NCBI GenBank assembly: GCA_943349395.1
Contig: CALQZH010000002.1
Span: 25,745 to 84,408, forward strand
Length of the DNA stretch: 58,664 nt
Reading direction: 5' to 3'
From: Parcubacteria group bacterium
GTDB lineage: Bacteria; Patescibacteriota; Minisyncoccia; UBA6257; UBA11618
Below the pieces are notes generated by a model. That model made no database searches and was not told the DNA's origin. It saw only the letters and a program-made list of their open reading frames with translations. Positions 52,493 through 58,664 of the stretch are shown here, one piece after another. Within the stretch, counting starts at the first letter, position 1. Each line of letters opens with the position of its first letter. A program made the position numbers and the translations under genes.

Positions 52493-53780
52493 GGCGCAGA
52501 AGCCTCGCCCGAAGGCCAAGAAGGCCGGGAGTGCGAAAAAGGTGGCACGCCCGAAGGGAAAGCTGGTCCAAAAGAAAAAGCCCGCTAAGAAGCCGGCAGC
52601 AAAGAAGGTCAAGAAGCCCTCGGGGGTTAAAAAAGCCGCGCGCGGAGGGAAGAAGCCGGCCTCGGCGCCGCGCGCCCGCACGAAGAAGCAGGAGGAGCGC
52701 CTGAAGATCGACCAGGGCAAGATCGTGGAGCTGATCGACCGCGGCCGCGGCCGCGGCTTCGTGACCGACTCCGAGGTGCTGGGGTACTTTCCGACGATCG
52801 AGGATAATATCTCCTTCCTCGACCAGATATACGACGAGCTCGAGAAGGCGAACATAAAGGTCATCGAGACGAGTCAGCTGATCGACGTGCCTAAGGAGGC
52901 GGACGTCGACGTGAAGGGGCTGGGCGACGGGCACTTGGACGTGGCCGCTCTGGACGCGGTCCAGTCGTATCTGAAGGAGATCGGCCGCGAAGGCCTCCTG
53001 AAGTCGGAAGACGAGCGGGAGCTCGCGAAGCGCATCGAGAAGGGCGACGAGGAGGCGCGCCGCCAGTTCATCCGGGCGAACCTCCGGCTCGTCGTATCGA
53101 TCGCGAAGCGGTACGTGAACCGCAGCCCGAACCTGAGCATATTGGATTTGATCCAGGAGGGGAATATCGGCCTCTCGCGCGCCGTCGACAAGTTCGACTA
53201 CCGCCGGGGCTACAAGTTCTCGACCTACGCCCACTGGTGGATTCGCCAGGCGATCACGCGCGCCTTGGCCGACCAGTCGCGCACCATCCGCATTCCCGTG
53301 CACATGGTCGAGACCATTTCGAAATACACGCAGGCGAAGCGCCGCCTGTTCCAGGAGCTCGGCCGCGAGCCCTTGGCCGAGGAGATCGCGATAGAGATGG
53401 GCGTTCCCGTGGAGCGCGTCTACCACATCCAGAAGATCTCGCAGGAGGTGATCTCGCTCGAGTCGCCTTTGGGCGACGGCGGCGATGACGACGATTCCGT
53501 ACTCGCTAATTTCATACAGGACGAGAAGACCTTATCGCCCCAGCAGTCGGCCTCGCAAGCCCTGCTCCGCGAGCGCATCAGGAAGATCCTCGAGGACTTG
53601 GCGCCCCGCGAGCAGAAGATTCTCGGCATGCGCTTCGGCTTGGACGACGGCGTGACGCATACGTTGGAGGAAGTGGGCAAGCAGTTCGGAGTCACGCGCG
53701 AGCGTATCCGGCAGATCGAGGCGAAGGCCTTGGCGCGTATCCGCGGCCATGGCGATTCGCACATGCTCGAGGGATACTGA
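52473..53780 (+). CDS. rpoD: primary RNA polymerase sigma factor with a Lys-rich N-terminal extension
   Basis: Region 2 ([10 protein letters not shown]...[37 protein letters not shown]) and region 4.2 ([24 protein letters not shown]). Gene order is dnaG-rpoD. Confidence 0.95.
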   Translation: MIKRTSKAQKPRPKAKKAGSAKKVARPKGKLVQKKKPAKKPAAKKVKKPSGVKKAARGGKKPASAPRARTKKQEERLKIDQGKIVELIDRGRGRGFVTDSEVLGYFPTIEDNISFLDQIYDELEKANIKVIETSQLIDVPKEADVDVKGLGDGHLDVAALDAVQSYLKEIGREGLLKSEDERELAKRIEKGDEEARRQFIRANLRLVVSIAKRYVNRSPNLSILDLIQEGNIGLSRAVDKFDYRRGYKFSTYAHWWIRQAITRALADQSRTIRIPVHMVETISKYTQAKRRLFQELGREPLAEEIAIEMGVPVERVYHIQKISQEVISLESPLGDGGDDDDSVLANFIQDEKTLSPQQSASQALLRERIRKILEDLAPREQKILGMRFGLDDGVTHTLEEVGKQFGVTRERIRQIEAKALARIRGHGDSHMLEGY

Positions 53781-53867
53781 AAAAGCTCTGGCTTTCAGCT
53801 GCTAGTCAGATGGGAAAAACCGCTCGATCTCTTCAGGGGATTCGGCGGTTTTTTTACGATCGGGCAA

Positions 53868-54152
53868 AAAAATAACCCCAGGGCCGTGGTGACGGCAATG
53901 GCCCTGGGGTGTTGTCTGACCTCTTGCTTCGCGATTTACACCGACAATCCTAGTGCATCGCTCATCGGTCTCACAGTGTGAGGGGTCCTTTACGCTCCGG
54001 ACACGTTACGGAGGATCAAGGCTCGCCCTCGTTCCAACCGGCCTTGATGGTGCTGGAAACCATCAGCCTCGTATGAAACCGTTCTTCTCGCAAGTCGTAC
54101 TACGTTGTAGCAAACAAGGAAGGCCGTACGAACTCAACTTCCTCGACGTTCT
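53868..54152 (-). ncRNA. orphan ~285-nt RNA gene of unknown class
   Basis: Minus-strand promoter: TTGACA (54187-54182), 17-nt spacer, TATACT (54164-54159). Terminator: ACCCCAGGGCC...GGCCCTGGGGT + T-run (53911-53866). Several internal hairpins are present, e.g. GGCTGATGGT-ttccagc-ACCATCAaGGCC and CTCCG-...-CGGAG. There is no plausible ORF. Confidence 0.5.
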
Positions 54153-54252
54153 GATCATAGTATAACTCCCTGGCTATTTTTTGTCAATAAGTAGGCGGGG
54201 ATAAGAAGGCTGATTCCTTGCGACAGGGTCAGAGATATGGTAGTATGAACGC

Positions 54253-55494
54253 ATGATGAAAAAGCAGATCGTATCTGGTTTTTTTGTTGCCATTGCGGCT
54301 TCGGCCATGCTTAGTTCTGGTAACGCCGAGGCGGCAACCCTGCCTCCCGGCAACCCCTTTTATTTCGTGCAGGATGGCATGCGGAGCCTCCGCAGGACCT
54401 TCACGTTTAGTCCGGTCTCACGGGCCTTGCTCGAAGCGCGCCTGGTAGGCGAGCGCGAGGCGGATATTGCCAAGGTAGTCGGTGCCGGGAAGGACGAGGC
54501 GGTCATCGGGGACGCATTCGTCGCATACGGGGAAGAGGTCAAAGCGCTTCGCGCGGCGGCGGAGGGAATAGACGACGAGCGGGTGCTCTCGAGCGTCGGG
54601 AGCATTCTCGTAGGCAATAATCGCTTCTTTAATGAGCTTATAGGGGACGACGTGTTCAAGGCGGATGCGAACGGGCGCGATGCCGTTTTGTTCGCGCGGG
54701 GAAGCCTTGCGGATCTCGCGATCGGGACATTCGGGGGCGATCGTGCGGACGGCTTCGCATCGCGCGTCATCTCGATCGCGCGCCGCGACGGGAGCGCATA
54801 TGCGGAAATTTCGGCAGCCGAGGCGCTCATGTCTCTCGAGCTCGGCATCGCGGATGCCGGCAAGGGGTCTGAATCGCTCGTGCGCGCATTGAAGATCGCG
54901 AAGGACGATCTCCTGATCGCATTCATCGGCAAGCTCAAGGCGGGATCGGTCTCTCTCAACAAGGTAATCGATCTTCCGGGCGATGAGGCGGTCCGCCTCT
55001 ACGTATTCGAGGAGATGCGCATCCGCGCGCACGACGCGGACACGAAGGGCAAGCTCGCGCAGGCCGAACAGCGCCTGGTTGCGGACATTGCCGCGTCGCG
55101 TCTCGCGACCGCGGCATCCGTTCAAGAGGCTATCGCGCGTGCCATACGCACGAAGACGGGATTGTCCGCGCGGTCCGGCGAGGAGGCTGCATATTTCGCC
55201 GAGCAGGCAGGAACGCTTCTCATGAATAACGCGTACGATCTCGCGTTCCAGAACGCCGTCATGGCCTACGTGTCCGCGAGCGAGGCATCGTTCCTCGCGA
55301 ACGCGGTGCCTGACGAGCTGCGCGAGGCGATCGTCATTATGAAGCGGCGCTACGACGCCCTTCCGGGCGCGAAGCCCGCGTTCGTGGAGAAGAGGATCGG
55401 CGCGATTGCCGACATGGCGGGGACGGCGCTTCCCCAGGCGACGCTTGCGGCGATCAGGGAAATACAGCTCGTTCTCGCCTTGCTTCACAAATAG
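54253..55494 (+). CDS. secreted DUF5667-like protein
   Basis: Signal peptide (KKQIVSGFFVAIAASAMLSSGNAEA) followed by PPGNPFYFVQDGMRSLRR...LLEARLVGERE, typical of DUF5667 N-termini. The remainder is Ala-rich and helical. Confidence 0.65.
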   Translation: MMKKQIVSGFFVAIAASAMLSSGNAEAATLPPGNPFYFVQDGMRSLRRTFTFSPVSRALLEARLVGEREADIAKVVGAGKDEAVIGDAFVAYGEEVKALRAAAEGIDDERVLSSVGSILVGNNRFFNELIGDDVFKADANGRDAVLFARGSLADLAIGTFGGDRADGFASRVISIARRDGSAYAEISAAEALMSLELGIADAGKGSESLVRALKIAKDDLLIAFIGKLKAGSVSLNKVIDLPGDEAVRLYVFEEMRIRAHDADTKGKLAQAEQRLVADIAASRLATAASVQEAIARAIRTKTGLSARSGEEAAYFAEQAGTLLMNNAYDLAFQNAVMAYVSASEASFLANAVPDELREAIVIMKRRYDALPGAKPAFVEKRIGAIADMAGTALPQATLAAIREIQLVLALLHK

Positions 55495-55522
55495 CCTCGT
55501 CGCGCATATCCTATAGGGACAT

Positions 55523-57289
55523 ATGATTCGGTCGACGGACATTCGCGCGAAATTTTCGGCATTTTGGAAGAGCCGCGGCCATGCCGCAGTTCCTTCCTCC
55601 TCGCTCGTGCCTTCCGATCCTTCGGTATTGCTCACGACCGCCGGCATGCAGCAGTTCAAGCCGTATTATACCGGCGAGGCGGACCCCGTGCGCGACTTCG
55701 GGTCGAAGAGCGCGGCATCGTGCCAGAAGTCTTTCCGCACGTCGGATATCGATGAGGTGGGCGACGAGCGGCATCTCACGTTCTTCGAGATGCTCGGGAA
55801 TTTCTCGTTCGGCGGGTACGGCAAGCGCGAGGCGATAACCTACGCGTACGATTTCATAACCGCGGAGATGGGCTTGGCAATTTCATACGTGACGGTATTC
55901 GAGGGGTCGGCGTCCGTTCCGCGGGACGAGGAGTCGGCCGGGATCTGGAAGGAGCTGAAGTCCGACATCGACGTGCGGTACGAGGGTATGGAAGACGTGT
56001 TCTGGGGTCCGACGGGCTCTTCCGGCCCCTGCGGCCCGACGACGGAGATCTACGTGAGAAACGGCGCGGGGGAGGACATCGAGATCTGGAACATCGTATT
56101 CAACCAGTTTTTGTATCCCGGCTCGCGCGAGGAATTGCTCGCGGGAACGGCAGATAAGGAATTGAAGCCGCTCGCGCAGTTCGGGGTCGATACCGGCATG
56201 GGCCTCGAGCGCCTGGCGATGGTGGTACAGAAAACGAAGACGGTGTTCGAGACGGATCTCTTCGCGCCGCTCATCGCGGCATTGCCGGCGGAATTGGACG
56301 AGCGCACGAAGCGAGTCATCGCGGACCACGCGCGCGGCAGCGCATTCCTCCTTTCGGACGGCGTGCGCCCGTCGAACAAGGGCGCGGGCTACGTCTTGCG
56401 CCGCCTCATGCGCCGGGTGTTCGCATACATGCACTTGAATGCCCTGTCGAACGATATATTCGAGGCGCTTATGAAGATCGTGATCGCGGAGTATGGCCCG
56501 GAATATCAGGGACTCATGAAGGAGCGCGACGGGATCATCGATGCGATGTGGGCGGAGTGGGAACAGTTCGCAAGGACCCTGGACCGGGGCGTGAAGGCGA
56601 TCGCGGCGATGCCGTCGATAGATTCCAAGGCGGCATTCGATCTCTACCAGTCGATGGGCATGACATACGAGATCGTGAAGGAGTTAGGGGGTACCAAGGC
56701 GCGCGGCCTGAACCGCGAAGACTTCGATCGCGAGTTCGCGAAGCACCAGGCCTCATCGCGCGCGGGCGCGGAAAAGAAGTTTGGGGGCCATGGACTGATT
56801 TTGGATACGGGCGAGCTGAAGGCGGGCAATGAGGAGGAATTGAAAAAGGTCACGCGCCTGCACACGGCCACGCACTTGCTCCAGCAGGCGCTGAAGGATG
56901 TCTTGGGCGGGGAGGTCGCTCAGCGCGGGTCGGATATCACGGTCGAGCGCACGCGCTTTGACTTCTCGTTCCCGCGCAAGGTCCTGCCGGAGGAATTAAA
57001 GAAGGCGGAAGATATCGTGAATGCGAAGATCGCGGAGGATCTCCCTATGACATTCGTCGAGTTGCCCATCGAGGAAGCGAAGAAGACGGGCGCCCTGTAT
57101 TACTTCAAGGAAAAATATCCCGAGCGGGTGAAGGTATATTACGCGGGTAGGTCGCTCGAGACGGCATATAGCAGGGAATTCTGCGGCGGCCCGCACGTGA
57201 CGCATACGGGGGAACTCAAGAAATTCAGGATCATGAAGGAGGAGGCGACTTCAGCCGGCATCCGCCGCATCCGCGCGACGGTTGAATAA
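55523..57289 (+). CDS. alaS: alanine--tRNA ligase (short form, 588 aa)
   Basis: IRAKFSAFWKSRGHAAVPSSSLVPSDPSVLLTTAGMQQFKPYY. Editing-domain motifs HTATHLLQQAL and CGGPHV are present. It lacks the long C-terminal extension of canonical AlaRS. Confidence 0.9.
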   Translation: MIRSTDIRAKFSAFWKSRGHAAVPSSSLVPSDPSVLLTTAGMQQFKPYYTGEADPVRDFGSKSAASCQKSFRTSDIDEVGDERHLTFFEMLGNFSFGGYGKREAITYAYDFITAEMGLAISYVTVFEGSASVPRDEESAGIWKELKSDIDVRYEGMEDVFWGPTGSSGPCGPTTEIYVRNGAGEDIEIWNIVFNQFLYPGSREELLAGTADKELKPLAQFGVDTGMGLERLAMVVQKTKTVFETDLFAPLIAALPAELDERTKRVIADHARGSAFLLSDGVRPSNKGAGYVLRRLMRRVFAYMHLNALSNDIFEALMKIVIAEYGPEYQGLMKERDGIIDAMWAEWEQFARTLDRGVKAIAAMPSIDSKAAFDLYQSMGMTYEIVKELGGTKARGLNREDFDREFAKHQASSRAGAEKKFGGHGLILDTGELKAGNEEELKKVTRLHTATHLLQQALKDVLGGEVAQRGSDITVERTRFDFSFPRKVLPEELKKAEDIVNAKIAEDLPMTFVELPIEEAKKTGALYYFKEKYPERVKVYYAGRSLETAYSREFCGGPHVTHTGELKKFRIMKEEATSAGIRRIRATVE

Positions 57290-57487
57290 AATAGGGTCTT
57301 GACGCCGGAGTGGCGTGGGTCATAGGATTAAATCTCAATGAATAAGGGAGTCATGAAATCTCGAATAAGCGCCATTATCCGTATGGCCTGGTATCTCCAC
57401 TTCCCGAAACAATCGGGGGCTTATTTGAGTTTTGCTGACATGGCGCGCGCGAATACGTAAACGAAGACATTCCATCCAGGAGAATTC

Positions 57488-57520
57488 AAACCAGCCCCCG
57501 AACGTTCGGGGGCTGGTTTT
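57488..57520 (+). terminator. intrinsic terminator
   Basis: AAACCAGCCCCCG-aacgtt-CGGGGGCTGGTTT followed by TGTTCTTT. Confidence 0.7.
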
Positions 57521-57554
57521 GTTCTTTGTCAGTGCCTTAGAGGGAGATTGTGCG

Positions 57555-58664
57555 ATGAGCAAGCTGAGCAAGTTGCGATTGGAGTTGGAGATCGTGCCGG
57601 GAATGCCGGTCGCAGAGACCATTTCGGCAGAACGGGGCGGTGGCAATGCGGAGGCCGTCGTGCGGGCGATCGCTCGCGGGACGGGTAGCAGGTGCCGGAG
57701 GGAATTTCCCGGGGAATGGCACGAGGGGGGCGGAGCGTCCGTCATACGCGGGTGGATATCCGCGTATGGATCGTCGAGGCCCGTGACGTTGAAGATCGGC
57801 GCATCCGAAGGGTTGGTCGTGAAAGACGTTTCGGGATGGTGCCGGTCGATGAGGACGGGTAAGGGATCGTTCGCGATCGGCATCGGGGACAGGCTCGGCG
57901 CCGACCAGGTCGAGCATGTCGCCCAGGAAATCGCGGCATGCTGGATGATACACGGACGGGAATGGACCGACCGGAGCGGGGAGATCATCCCTCATCCATA
58001 CGGCAAGGACTGCACGCGGGCGATGCCCGCGGGAAAGCGGCTCTTCGAGACGATCGATGGCAAAGACGAGCCGCTCACGGTTGGCGAGCTCATAGCGCGC
58101 GGATGCACGCGGTCGACGCACGTGGGGGAGTGGAGGGGGCGGCATTCGACGCTCATCGCCGCGTTCTGCGGCATGAAAACGATCCTGCACGAGTTCACGG
58201 CCGAAGGAGCCGACGATATCTGCTCGTTCAATGGGATGGGTATCGGGGAGTGCCCGAAGCTGTGGGGTCCGCTGTGCCCGTGGAACGAGATGGGGAGGAG
58301 ATCTCTCTCTGCCGGGCGATGGGGCGATATCGCCGCGCGTGCGGCAACGCCCTTCGCGTTCCACGTGCATGCGACGCGTGAGGTGATCCCGAATGCCGAG
58401 CTCGAATCGAGTTTCCTTTTGAGGGAATTGGGCGAAGGGCGGCTGGCAGGGATGCTCGAAATGGCAGCGTCGGAAGACCCGGAACGATTCTATCGGCTGG
58501 TCGACGGAGAGGGTCACACGCATCGTCTCACGAAGGCGGACGGAGCCTCTCTCATATACGGCGGCCGCATCGCGTTCGAGAGGAGGGATGTCGCGGCAAA
58601 CGTCGTAAAGACGTTCGTCGAGCTCGCGAGGATCGGGGATGATCCGGGGTTCGTTATGCCGCGG
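57555..58664 (+). CDS. hypothetical Cys/Trp-rich protein, C-terminally truncated by the window end
   Basis: The ATG follows GAGGGAG. I read all 370 codons to the window end without a stop (MSKLSKLRLELEIVPG...GFVMPR). It is not in the ORF track because no stop lies in the window. The listed 57537..58523(-) ORF is its Arg-rich shadow. Confidence 0.6.
   Translation, partial: MSKLSKLRLELEIVPGMPVAETISAERGGGNAEAVVRAIARGTGSRCRREFPGEWHEGGGASVIRGWISAYGSSRPVTLKIGASEGLVVKDVSGWCRSMRTGKGSFAIGIGDRLGADQVEHVAQEIAACWMIHGREWTDRSGEIIPHPYGKDCTRAMPAGKRLFETIDGKDEPLTVGELIARGCTRSTHVGEWRGRHSTLIAAFCGMKTILHEFTAEGADDICSFNGMGIGECPKLWGPLCPWNEMGRRSLSAGRWGDIAARAATPFAFHVHATREVIPNAELESSFLLRELGEGRLAGMLEMAASEDPERFYRLVDGEGHTHRLTKADGASLIYGGRIAFERRDVAANVVKTFVELARIGDDPGFVMPR

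Noticed and set aside
53868-54152. Assigning the orphan RNA to RNase P, SRP, 6S or tmRNA. Also the 70-aa plus-strand ORF at 53953..54165.
   Set aside because: I could not find the universal RNase P P4 motifs, the SRP helix-8 motif, tmRNA termini or a 6S-like end-to-end closing stem by eye. The plus-strand ORF has no SD and runs against the promoter/terminator pair. The class is left open.

Overview
This is a GC-rich bacterial chromosome segment. Its housekeeping content and domain set (DUF4012, DUF5667, short AlaRS and RecO, many orphan secreted proteins) suggest a Patescibacteria/CPR-type genome; that assignment is inference only. Core genes I can support: an ABC exporter, parA-parB, topA-dprA, rplS, zwf, two pseudouridine synthases, recO-like, glyQS, metG, alaS, rpsF-ssb-rpsR, a histidine kinase/response regulator pair next to a Ser/Thr kinase, rpmB and dnaG-rpoD. 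There are seven tRNAs: Ala-UGC, Ser-CGA, Ile-GAU, Val-GAC, Leu-GAG, Gly-UCC and Pro-GGG.

Three things stand out.
1. An AT-rich integrative element of about 9.2 kb (about 682-9856) sits at the 3' end of tRNA-Ala. It carries a large serine recombinase whose ORF reads into the tRNA, a PrimPol/helicase replication gene, a terS-like HTH protein, a DUF5659 protein and surface/membrane cargo.
2. A family of structured non-coding elements, which I do not recognise, lies tail-to-tail with six of the seven tRNA genes. Each is bounded by sequence derived from its own neighbour tRNA's T-arm. At tRNA-Ser the same repeat also brackets a single-gene AT-rich cassette.
3. Two tandem paralogous orphan genes share a duplicated palindrome, promoter and 5' stem-loop module.

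Other points of interest are an orphan ~285-nt RNA gene with a near-consensus promoter and a strong terminator, a tatD gene with two in-frame stops, and a deletion scar with two 5'-truncated genes back to back. I found no CRISPR array, rRNA or transposase. Two CDSs at the window edges (1-523 minus strand, 57555-58664 plus strand) are missing from the ORF track because they have no stop codon in the window. Many long ORFs in the track are antisense shadow frames of the GC-rich genes.
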